64,000 nt of DNA from Balanoglossus misakiensis (taxonomy: Eukaryota > Animalia > Hemichordata), in assembly GCA_040954595.2 (NCBI GenBank), contig CM082583.2, forward strand, positions 6,384,849 to 6,448,848, in the 5' to 3' direction. This document shows, in pieces, positions 27,040 through 38,127 of this stretch. Made by a program: the position numbers and the translations under genes. The notes under the pieces are model-generated. The model was not told the origin of the DNA. It saw only the letters and a list, made by a program, of their open reading frames with translations, and made no database searches. How positions within the stretch are numbered: the stretch's first letter is position 1; each line of letters begins with the position of its first letter.

Positions 27040-28091
27040 GATTTCTCTGACACAGAAAATGAAAAGTTATTAGTAAGAATAAATAAATAGATCGACCCAA
27101 TCTATTTTACCCATTGATAAAGGTTTTCCATAGCTGGTACCCAAGGAAATCAAAGTGATCGTTGTTTATGTGTTTTCCGAAGTAATTTCATCCAGAATTT
27201 ACTTTCACTTGCGCGAGTTGTATATCAATTTCCAATATAAGCCTGTCTAACTTCTGGGGGCGCTATTTATCATTACTACATACAATTGTAATTACGGTAA
27301 CACCAAATCGACCCCCGTGGAAATTGTTGAAAGCTGCCTAACCAGGTATCGATGGAAACACAAGTCGCGATGATAAATCTTGTATATACATAACCACTTT
27401 TTACAGCCTGGCCTGTATATACACAAACCTCCAAAGGTTCAAGATTCGTGACGATTATTTTACAAACCAGAGTGCTGCTAGAATTCAAACAAACGAGGTG
27501 ATGATTTTCACAACAGCGCTTGAAAGCGGGCGCTATACGCACGCTCGGCTGACAGCCAGGGGCAGCTTGAAGTAGTCCGCAAGGTCAAAGATCATAGAAA
27601 CGACTTTTCCAGACATGCACCCCACTTTCCTAGTAAATCATAGACATCCAACGCCTTGTTTGCAGTCGGTCTATTTTAGGTGTCACAGAAGACCAAGTTG
27701 AACTGGACTTATACACTGGGTAGCCTACACGTTTGCTGCTCTTCCGTGACATCGAAACTATATTAGTAGCAGGTTACATGGTCTGCCTAACGAGGAGGGA
27801 ATTAAAATATCAGCGAAGCTGTGGCGTTCACCCCAGGGCTGCGCGTAGTTCACATGCCAAGCTACCAGCTCCGATAAATAGAAGAATTTTCCGAGGGTTT
27901 TAGTTTTCGTCCGCCAACGCACCCGACACACTGTCACGTATGTACCCACGCGCTTTCTCGGCGGTCCTACACTAACACTTGTAGTGTACAGTGACGCCAC
28001 GTTCCATCCCGTCGGTGTTTTCTTTTGACGCTTGGTCCGACCAGACTGGGATACCAAATCTTTCGGGAACTTCTCTGTCTTTAAGAAAGGC

Positions 28092-28183
28092 ATGGCGGTT
28101 TCTCACCGATGTCTTTTGATCTTGTTGGGGTGTTTTCTATCTGACTTTACAGACGGATATAACGGCTTCTCCTACACAGAAAG
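28092..28183 (+). CDS. CCBE1: CCBE1 exon 1 (signal peptide)
   Basis: GGCATGG start context; [30 protein letters not shown]; donor AG|GTAAGA, phase 2 matching exon 2. Confidence 0.8.
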
Positions 28184-31100
28184 GTAAGAAACCTAAAGCA
28201 GTTCTCTCATATTCGTGATAGTGTCCAGCTTTTCCGACGCGGCTAAGGCGCTTAGTCACCTTTCTTTAAAAACGATGGCACTATAAAAGAAACTTCATTG
28301 ACAAGAAACGCCCCATGCGTGGATGAGACGAGAGAGTCATTAAGCAAATCGTGCCTCGGCAACGGTGTTTTTTTGCATTCCGGGACGTGTTTACTTGCGG
28401 CTGCTGGTGATTCCACCAAATGACCGACGCGTATTTGGCATGCCGAACAGTAAAAGGTATCGAGGAAGTGGCGTCAACACCGTTTTTTTTTCAAATTTCG
28501 CTTCCCACCGGATTTCATCTATTGTCTATCGGAAGAATGGGTGAAGATAAAAGGCGTGTCTTCAAATTAAGGCGAGAAATGCCAGAACAACGTAGGTTAA
28601 AGGTATACGGTCACCTATACAAATTTAGCCACAGTTACCATGGTAAATTGAGATCTAACCAATCACAGATTTTCAGTGGGTGGCACACGCGAAAATAAAG
28701 TGTTCTTTAGAACACTCAAATACGCCATTTCAACTATATATGGCGATATGTAAATTGGAGGTGACCGTATACCTTTAAGTCGGCGTTCGTGATTGACCTT
28801 GTATAACGTGCGGCACCACCTCTGTAAAAATTTTATAGAAAAATATGTCCTTAAAGTTGCGCTACTGTACGCATACCTACATCGTGCTGGGTGTTTGCCC
28901 CGCGGGGCATGCTATGTAGTTTGTACCACATTCTCTTCGTGTCCCCCACAAAGTTGGGATTTGGCAGGAGCAACGCCAAATCAGTCGAAAAGAAAACACA
29001 TAAGTCATCGGGTATGCATCTGTTGCTTTCGTAAGCTTCCAATCAGTTACAAAATAGTACAGTTCAGGCATGTTTTATGTCATTGATGCAAAACAGTCGT
29101 GAACGATTGGATTTTTCCCCCTGATAGATACGGTGACCGCTCCGTCTTTACTCCAATTGCGAGAGCAGTCAAATCACTCAGGGTCTAACCTTCGACTCCA
29201 GTGCGATAAAATGACCCAATGCTTTCTTTTCCTTCCCCCCCAAAAAACATCGCAGCGGTCTTCTCGCTTTTTGGCAAACGGAGCGTAAAGCCAATTTAGC
29301 AAAGCGAACTGGAGAGTGGTGTCTTCAAAATTACATTGATTTAGACACTGCTTGGGAATGTCTAGGGCCAACTGGATTATTGTCGGCATCGAGAGGAAGT
29401 TCGAAGCGTAAGCTCCATTTCAAGGCCGGGCCTTGTTGGTTAATCATCTGGTATGCGTGCCCAACGCTAAGATTGAACTCCCGGTATACGCAATAACATG
29501 GGTGTCAACCGCGATCTGTGGTATGCCGGCCGTATCCGCTCCACGCTCTCCGCTTTCCCTCTCAGGCTGCGCAAAGTTTATCTCAGGGCAGTACACCATA
29601 AGGAGGTGGGGCCCAGTGATCGGGACATGTTGGGTAACACTAAACGAGGCGATCTGCTCGCAGATAAAATCCATTCCTTCCTGTTGCCGAGTTGAGTAGT
29701 TGGTGCCCCCGGGAACGGTATCTGTGAGACGTCTTTCACCGATTCGTGGACGGGGCTCCCTGAGCTACCCCTGTGCTCCAGGCTACGGGGGTCGTCCGTT
29801 ACACTGGTAAACAAAATCAATCAACCTTTATCTCTTATCATAAGAGTACTTTCCGAGGTGATTTGGTCAAACGATAACACAATTACAACGTGGTATATAC
29901 GGATATGTGGTGGCGAAATGTACAATGCGCAATTCCAGGAGCGAGTTCCGATTTGGAATCCGGGGAAAATTAATTGATTGGTATATTACAAACTACAATG
30001 AAAGTGAACATAAGTAAACATTGAGAAAGTGAAATTGAGAATTTATCAGTGAAATTGGAAGTTTTTGACTCACTTACTTGACTTAGGAAACCAAGAGTGG
30101 ATATATCGTCTATCGTTAAATGTGTACATGTATATAAGTACCGATAACAATTTTTGTATGAAAAAAACTTCTGTTTGGTGCCTCGCTCAGTTGGAATACT
30201 TTCAAGCCACGGAAATTTGCGGCAAGGCCCGGCTCTCTAATGTTTCCCTTCCTTCACTGCACAAAAATACATTCAAATACCACAGCAAGCGAGGATACAT
30301 TAAACCCCAAGGCAACTGCGACCATGCTAACAACCACCACGGCTAATTGACGTCTGCTAAACATAGGAGGACATGTGTGCATTATAACCTTTCAGTCGTA
30401 ATTCACAGGGCATGTCAATTTCTACTTGCCGAAACGCTGTCTGTTTTCTTTTCTAAATCAACGCCATTCTGTCACTGGTGTTGATATGAGTCACGTTCTA
30501 ACGCTATGGCGAGACAAACAGACCATATCTATACGTGTGGATTTTTTGTACACATCCGCTCTGCGGTCTAAAAAAAATCACGCTTGAGATGACACGTGTC
30601 AATTTCGATGGGATGATATTTGAAGCAACTTGGAAATATGTCAACAAAAAGTGAAATAAACATCGCACGCTATAGTAAATTTCCTGTCACTGTAGAGACA
30701 AATTGGTTTGATGAACATTTATTGTAGTAAGCTTGATTAATATAATAATATAATTAATATAGGTCACTTCATTTGAGAGATGACAAGGACGCATCTTACA
30801 ATGGTTATGAGAACGCTGCATGTTACCTGCACGATATTTTTGAAAGTCACATTTCTCATCAAACATGTCACAGACAACATGAGAACCCCACTAAATCATA
30901 TGTTATAAAGACGAGTTTCTGAAATTACGTTGATATAGATACTGTACTCGTAACAAGACACAGGATACGTCTTATAGTATGAAAGAGACAATTTTCGGAT
31001 TGATGTCATTCAAAACAATTAACTTCGAGAGTGGATGTCGCTCTCTGAAAGTTGATATACCATTTGAATGGGGAGCTTAAACAGCAAAAAGGAATAATTT

Positions 31101-34100
31101 GTTTTGCGTTACCTACATGTACCTCGGGGTTTTAAATGATAAAAATCGTATTGAGGCAATTCTCAATTGAAAGTGCATTCTCGCTGTGAATACTTTCTTG
31201 AGCTCTTCATTGAATAGACCTTAGCATAAACTGTTAACATTTGAAATGATTCGGCCAACGTTGCGCAGATTTCAAACCGTTTCAAGTTGTTGGTGTTTTT
31301 ATTTGGGGGGTGAGAAATGAACCAAACAGTATGATAATTTTCATATTACAGCGAAAGAATAACACTGCCACGAGCCGTGGACATGTCAACATGTTTAGTT
31401 GTCGACATGAGAAGAACCAACTGGAAGTGTGAAATTTGGCCGAAATTTGCCCTGTAAAGTTTAGTGTCCTCTTAACCCTCAAATACCAGGGAGAAGTGTT
31501 TAGACAAGACGTTAAACATAGTAAACTTGTAAGTAGGCGAGGTACACATCACGTTGCCGTGTGATAAATTGGCATGGAAACGATGGTGATCATTTGTGGT
31601 TTAATGAATTGCACGCACAAGTGTTCCTTCAAGGGGTCTACGTCTGTGAAACAAGTGTCCTACTGCATAGCAAATCCACGTTGACATGTGAACGATTTCA
31701 CCTGCATATTTTGACCACAACAGAAGTCTCAAACCAGTCTCAGCACAAGAAACTCAAGCCAAAAAATCACTCTAGTAAAATACAAATCTACCTATAGCTC
31801 TACCCCATATCTCCATGTGCCTTAACCCATATAGCATTCCAGTCCAATAGTTTTCCATGGCGGTAAGTAATGTTTATTATGTAAAACCATACAAATTGGT
31901 GCAATTCAGTTTTTTTCATGTGTATGGTCTGGTTCTCTCTTTCTTTGACAACAGCAGCAGTAGCAGCAGCGAGAGGGACCATTGTCCCCACGAGAAGGCG
32001 ATCACAGAAGTATACTTGTGTAAGCTACGGAGCGGAGAAGACGGAAACTGCGTTAAGTAAGTTTAATGTGTACAAACTATTTTTCAGGGATTTCGCAATA
32101 TCTTTGTGCAGTGACGTGTTCGTGTTTCACAATGCCGCATTGGGGAAACCTTTCAAATTTCTTTGGCCGTGTTTTCACGTCTTAATGGGAGAGACGCGGT
32201 ACGGCGATTTTGCTCTGGGTCGCCCCAAGACAGATGACGCGGAACTGAGGAACAGCCCTGTCGGATGGTCTGCTTTAAAGTTTTGTCAAGCGAAATTTAA
32301 CTACAAACACAAAGTCTCTAACATTTGATGGAAATGTTTACGTCGGGGTGTCGTTTGCGTGGACTCAGACTTGAGCCATTGGAATTCTTACGACTTTCAC
32401 AATCAAATTACAGGAAATATTGTTGCCCTGGTTACCAGCACGTTGGTGGAAGGTGTCAGTCCAAAAGTAAGACTTCGTATTCATGTTTGCTTTATTGTTT
32501 CGATTTCTTCTTTTCACACAATATTCTGTCTTTTCCCGATCTCCGACACAGACTGTGGTCGCCGCCATCATGTCTGTTGTCAGGACAGCACACTGCCTTA
32601 TGGCATTGACTGTATACCGCGCAATTTTTGTAACCAGAGTCTCTGGTTTGGCACATGCGCATAAGACGATCGTCGCCCTTTATGCAACCCTTGGAATTGT
32701 TTGGTTCATGTGTTTAGAGATCTATTTCAATTTTTCAGACATCACCCACTCCCCAAGTTACAGCACAAACTATTTCTACAATATATTCTAGCTCACCTAT
32801 AGTATTTCGTTCCACACAGACGTTGACGTGTGCGCGGGCTCTCCTTGTGAGCAACAATGCACCAACAATTTCGGCAGACTCGTGTGTTCGTGCTTCCCGG
32901 GATACAAGTTAGACAGACAGAGAATCAGAGCTCAAACGCCGCCATTTTGCGTGGGTAAGAGAATCAAATTCGAAAAGCAATTTATGACACCACAAAACGA
33001 CCGCGCTAAATTTCATCAAGTACAACACGTTGCTGCAAGGCATTTTTGTGTTCAGTTTATGTATCTTCTTCTGTAAACGATGTCCAGTCAATCCCCCGAG
33101 TACTTGACCTACTTCAGTGACTGCTAACATAATCATCGTATGATTTATATCTCACTCCTGCACCAAGCGTACATGTATGTGTATAGGCAGTGCTATGTAA
33201 GGTTGCAACATCAGATGGCCAGTCCTTTAGCCTACTTAAGATAATGTATCTACCAGATATGAACTAAATTGGATATGTTTCCATGGTTCGATGTATAATT
33301 GATACTGTGAAAATTACTATGAAAATCGAAATGTCTTCAGTGCACTATACCACTGTATAGAGTTATAGAATCAATTTATTTTGTTTTGGGATACGATCCA
33401 TTCATGCCGTGGATCCATTTTATTATGATCTTTTCATGTCATTTATGTTATCACGTGATCGCAGATATGGATGAATGTCAGTACCTTAACGGAGGATGCA
33501 GTCACACCTGTACAAACACAAACGGTAGCTTTGAGTGCAGCTGTCCAGAAAGACATCGCCTTGACAGCGACAAGAGAACGTGTGTCGGAGGTAAGCATGT
33601 TTATGGTCGCACAGCCAGACTTGCCGCGTGTAACTGAGTGCGCTTGCGCAGGTCATAATATGCATGTACAGTATTGATGGAGTCTCCCTGAGCTTGACTT
33701 TGAGACTTTGAGAACAACTTTTCAATCGGTATACGTACATTAACACGGATGTAATTAACCCCATAAACCACAGATGAAAGAATACCCTGGGCCCAGGTCT
33801 GGTCTTCGACAAGTATGCCTGCCTTTAAGGTCAAGGATGACAATATAAACGATGTTACTCCAGCCGTCAAAGGCATCGTGGCCGTCGGCGAAGCCACTTC
33901 CGCCGTCACTGATGATAACTTGGCCGTGCCTGCTCCTGACGACATTGATGACGTCATGGCCTTTGCGGGTGCCTTTCCAGTCGTCAGTGAGGAGGACAGA
34001 CCGGCCGGTGATGAACAAAGCGGTCGCGGTGCTACCGTGGAAGAGCGTTCCTGCACCCCAAGTTGTACTGACGTCAAAAGTCTGAAGGATAGCATTGATC

Positions 34101-36625
34101 AGCAGGTATTTAATTAGCACGACATCGCATGCGCAGTTTACTTTTATAATTCCACCAGGTCAGTGTATACAATGGTATATGTTGATTAATTCGGCGTGGA
34201 AGTCAATTGCATTAGTTGTCTGCACAATCTTTTGGTAAATTCTTGCACCAACATTGTAAGAGAGTTCCTCTCCGTTTGTGGCCAATGTAAATGTCCCGGA
34301 AACATCTGTTGTACACCTGTGTTAAGAGTACGTCGACGAATAGTATTGTCCAAGCAGAAGTTGACTATTAAAAAGGCATCGTCCAATGAGAAGCAGCCTT
34401 TGTGAGACCGCTTCACGCCAAAGCTCTGGCTTTTCGCTCCTTCCGTAGATGATGCTAATAAATGCCATGGGGACCAGCATGGCAGGTACGACGGGCCAAG
34501 CAGGACCCAGGGGATCACCTGGACCGGCAGGGATACCAGGTGCACGCGGGTTGCCGGGCTTACACGGGCTGTCTGGTCCGATGGGTCCCGAGGGACCGAT
34601 GGGGCCGCCCGGTCCACAAGGTCCGCCCGGAACCGGATATGCCGGAGCTGAATCGGACGGGAAAGAGGTGATGGGACGACGAGGACGCAGGGGACCAATT
34701 GTAAGTTTGTATTATAACGAACCAAAAGTTTTGCACATATTTAGGAAATTGCTTTGTAAAGGGTACCAGTTGTTATTTTCTGACACATCTCAAGAAAGTA
34801 CTGTAGGCCCTATTTGGAAAAAATACCACGCGGTGCATTCATGAATCTAACATGTTTCGTTTTAGTTTCGTACGCTGTTATTGTGTAGAAAAGACAGCAA
34901 TCTGATTTAAACTAAAAGTCATGGTGACGTGATCCTATTTTAACCAATGGGATTCCTTTCATCTTACACGTCATACAGGTTTAATCTGTATTGGCCAATA
35001 ATATACTCTTTTGTCATCTTCTAGGGAAGACCCGGCGCACGAGGACCAGCTGGACTTAAGGTAATATGTTTCACTGATGCTGCAGTACCATGACTAGAGT
35101 TTTAATTTATCATGGTGACTTTTGGCCCTTTTTGTGAAAATTTAAAAAAATGACAATATTGTAACACCGTTTTCCCGAAAAATTCGACTACCTTAAGACA
35201 CGACTTCAAAGTGAAGTTCTCGCGGGCGGTTGTTCAACTAATCTCGTCGACGGGTGGGTGGATACGGGGAATACGCCGCGCCATTGGAGGCTGTGTTTAT
35301 TTCCGCCGGAATGTCGACTGCCTTGGTATTTGGCGATTGGCCAACATGGGCACCGTAGGTCAATAGTCAGGGTTAGGGCCTTCCTGCGCCATTCTTTGCC
35401 ATATATCACTGGCGTGATCCCAGAGTTTTCCTCCATTTTAGTAACTAATACAGCTCGATGCTATTCCATAGAACTGACACAACAGTTTTCTGTTACTGAC
35501 TGTGACTGTTTCAACGCTTATTTTCTAAGCTGGTAGCTCTTCTTTCCCAACAGGGAGATCAAGGATCGGAAGGACCGCGAGGAGAAAAGGTAACTATGTC
35601 TTGAACGTCACCACCATTAGCTCATTTGCCTCTTCTGGCGAAACAAACAAACAAACAAACAAACAAACAAACAATGCCATGGAGATGCATGCCGGAATCC
35701 TATGACAAGAAGTAAAGCAAATGATTTAATAAAATAATATGCAAGACATTAAAGTTTTTTCAGTTTAATCGCGCGTGCGGGCAGTCTACAAATCTCGTAA
35801 ACTAAACGCGTGTGTTTTGTTATTTTTTGACTGCTCTGTTTTGATTGCCACGTAACTAGCGACGGAATAATATTTCAAACAGTGATCATGCGAATGCTTG
35901 AAAAATTAACAATCATAAATTGGGTTGTACAGGAGGCAGATGTCAAACTGGAAGACGGAAACGAGAACTCACAGTTTGACGTTTGTGGTCAGAGAATCTG
36001 GAAAGAATAATTGAGGGCGAAGAAAAATACCGACCACATGCGGTCTAGCCATATTTTGTCTTACCAAAGCAAACAAAACCAAGAACTACAGTATACCAAT
36101 GCAATAATAGACCTAGTTCATTTACAAAGCGGAAATTGCATTTTTTATTTTCATTTTACATGGACAGTTTAAGCGACAGAAGGCGACGACGATGATGATG
36201 ATTTGACCACAAGGCTATAGTTTATGCGTTGTACACCTCATTGTTTTCTTTCGTCGCAGGGTTACCCGGGGCAACTTGACTTTGTTCTCCTAATAATGGC
36301 CGGACTTCGTCGGGATGTTTTGGAGCTCCAGAGAACGGTCTTCAGAGACCGAGTCCTGAACAACGTCCACCGTGTGGATGGCAACGGGTTCGGTGATCAC
36401 AACGGTGTGCAGGGTCTGGAGCTGGGCAACGAATACCAAGTCACCGGCGATGATGACGTCGACGATACGTGGGATTTCTCCAAAGATCCGCTCTTTGGAA
36501 ATTGGGGGAGCGGTGACGACATGAAATCCTTTGAAGATATGCTCTTTGAGGGGACACCCCACGAAACAAAACAACTACTTGACGAAAAGGACGAAAAAGA
36601 ACCACCCGAGGGGGCCAAAGTTTAA
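28092..36625 (+). CDS. CCBE1: Collagen and calcium-binding EGF domain-containing protein 1 (whole gene, 10 coding exons, about 509 aa)
   Basis: Exons 28092-28183, 31955-32056, 32414-32466, 32820-32954, 33465-33590, 33774-34105, 34449-34700, 35025-35060, 35554-35589, 36260-36625 join in frame (1530 nt). [60 protein letters not shown] and GSGDD match CCBE1 as I recall it. Confidence 0.93.
29424..29826 (+). mobile_element. Probable tRNA-derived SINE in CCBE1 intron 1
   Basis: GC-rich island of about 400 bp. The head GGCCTTGTTGGTTAA...AGATTGAACTCCCGG resembles degenerate A/B boxes, and the 3' end has a GGACG...CGTCC hairpin and an AATCAATCAA tail. Confidence 0.4.
31955..32056 (+). CDS. CCBE1: CCBE1 exon 2
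   Basis: [33 protein letters not shown]; donor GTAAGT; the start is ambiguous among six tandem NAG acceptors. Confidence 0.85.
32414..32466 (+). CDS. CCBE1: CCBE1 exon 3
   Basis: [21 protein letters not shown] bounded. Confidence 0.9.
32820..32954 (+). CDS. CCBE1: CCBE1 exon 4 (EGF-like)
   Basis: [44 protein letters not shown]; phase 1-1. Confidence 0.95.
33465..33590 (+). CDS. CCBE1: CCBE1 exon 5 (calcium-binding EGF)
   Basis: [42 protein letters not shown]; phase 1-1. Confidence 0.95.
33774..34105 (+). CDS. CCBE1: CCBE1 exon 6 (acidic linker, CxxxC and coiled-coil start)
   Basis: Open in phase 1-0, ending [19 protein letters not shown]|GTATTT. Confidence 0.8.
34449..34700 (+). CDS. CCBE1: CCBE1 exon 7 (collagen Gly-X-Y)
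   Basis: About 16 Gly-X-Y triplets, then GRRGRRGPI|GTAAGT. Confidence 0.93.
35025..35060 (+). CDS. CCBE1: CCBE1 exon 8 (36-nt collagen exon)
   Basis: [12 protein letters not shown], phase 0-0. Confidence 0.92.
35554..35589 (+). CDS. CCBE1: CCBE1 exon 9 (36-nt collagen exon)
   Basis: [12 protein letters not shown], phase 0-0. Confidence 0.92.
35641..35674. repeat. (AAAC)n microsatellite
   Basis: Directly visible. Confidence 0.95.
36260..36625 (+). CDS. CCBE1: CCBE1 exon 10 (last coding exon)
   Basis: [28 protein letters not shown]...WGSGDD...AKV-TAA. Confidence 0.93.
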   Translation, partial: GYPGQLDFVLLIMAGLRRDVLELQRTVFRDRVLNNVHRVDGNGFGDHNGVQGLELGNEYQVTGDDDVDDTWDFSKDPLFGNWGSGDDMKSFEDMLFEGTPHETKQLLDEKDEKEPPEGAKV

Positions 36626-37583
36626 AAGCGTCGACTTCTCCCGTATGCAAATGATACAATCCAAGACAGTACTTGTCAGTATGAAGATTAAATTTTGATC
36701 TGACATTGCTTTAATGTGAATAATTCTCTTCGGTCGACGACAGGCGACCATTTTAAAATGCTTAATTTATGATAAGCAATAAGTAGATTGTGTACGAAAC
36801 AACTCACCTGCCAGGATATCACCACTCAGAAAGAATCGTCCAACGGTACGATTCCCGAACGATTTACAGAAATTAACTGCAGTGATATTTTCAGATCAAT
36901 TTCACCATAAATATTGTTTTCTTGGCTGTATCAAAATGATTGCATTGTGATTTCAAGAAACTAGGCAAAACTTCTCTACATGATTAAAACTTATTTTGTC
37001 ATTTTAGTATATAGTAGAATAAGTCGACGTAGCGAGACTTTCCCACAGAACTTTTTTTTCGAGAAAGGATATTTCCCAACATTGATATTGATTACAGTAT
37101 ATTCCAATTGAAAATACCGCAAAATATTTTTATAACCACAGAGAATTTATTTTGTAATTAATCAGACGTTCGTGTAGAATATCGAGTGAATTTGACCAGA
37201 GAAATGCATTCTATCGTGAATGTACTTAAATATGGGTTCCACTTTCAGTCATTACATCATATTTATCCAAAACTGTGTTTCAAGTTGTATATAATTTTGG
37301 CAGGGAGCGCCACCAGCGACGAAACTTTCTGTCTGTGTGTCCCCTGTACTTGAATTGCATGCACATATCAGCGTCACAATGAATCAAGACAATCACACAG
37401 AGAATGACATACCTAAGACGACAGCATGCAAAAAGCTTGTCAATACAATGATATGATTAATCAGTTTTTGTTAATACAAGGCCAGGCTAAAAATATGGCC
37501 GGAAAAAGTGTGAGACCGTTGTGATGAACAAAATCTCCAAGATGCAAGACCGTGTAACCTATTAACAATACTTTATACTGTAA

Positions 37584-37589
37584 AATAAA
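37584..37589 (+). terminator. Candidate polyadenylation signal of CCBE1
   Basis: First canonical AATAAA I found after the stop, ending an AT-rich UTR-like stretch of about 1 kb; ATTAAA variants occur earlier. Confidence 0.45.
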
Positions 37590-37739
37590 TCTGTGGACTA
37601 ACATATTTTAAGAGAAAACATGCTGTGAATTACTGAGAACAACAATAACAACACACCCAGGAGTGCGGTAAGGCAAAATCCGAAATTGAATCTGAACCCG
37701 AAGTCGAGACTAACTTCAGCGTCGTAAGAAATCCTCGTA

Positions 37740-37769
37740 TGACGTCAGAGGGCATCCCCCAACATGGCG
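37740..37769 (+). promoter_or_regulatory. FOCAD core promoter motifs (CRE and YY1-like)
   Basis: TGACGTCA at 37740-37747 and AACATGGCG at 37761-37769 in a CpG-rich patch just before a strong donor. Confidence 0.55.
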
Positions 37770-37780
37770 CAAACCAGCAG
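37764..37780 (+). CDS. FOCAD: Probable FOCAD exon 1 (short coding part MAQTS)
   Basis: ATG 37764 and donor CAG|GTAGGT; splicing to TAG|37974 is in frame with ATG 37990. Confidence 0.5.
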
Positions 37781-37989
37781 GTAGGTACGTACACGTGGAA
37801 TGTCTCGGGATTTCCGTTGGCATGTATGAATCTTCAGTGTGTCGCTATATCAGTGATGCTACAACCCTTGGTAAACACCAACCCCAACCCATAGACGTCT
37901 TTACTTCAACTTAATCCCTGCGACAAGGCACGACACGGACACTGACCGGCGATATCAACGCGCCAGTTTGTAGCTGGCCTAGTGACAAA

Positions 37990-38127
37990 ATGGTAGAAGA
38001 ACTACGCAAGAGGTTGGACTTCGATAACACCAGTGTATGCGTACAGACTGTCAATAGGTTGTATGCTCAAATAATTGACAAGAAGAACAACGCGAAAATA
38101 AATAGAATAGCATCGACAACGGTTGAG
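37990..38127 (+). CDS. FOCAD: FOCAD exon 2
   Basis: MVEELRKRLDFDN...STTVE|GTGAGT. Confidence 0.9.

Noticed and set aside
29424-29826. 7SK, SRP RNA or HDV-like ribozyme identity for the GC-rich island
   Set aside because: Only isolated words match (GATC, GCCGGG, TCCACGC); element order is wrong and there is no oligo-T terminator.
33601-34725. Minus-strand ORFs of 164 and 179 aa
   Set aside because: Antisense shadows of GC-rich CCBE1 exons 6 and 7.
35360-35385. CCCTAACCCTGA on the minus strand as a telomerase RNA template
   Set aside because: No U-rich/A-rich pseudoknot strands, CR4/5 or H/ACA features follow.
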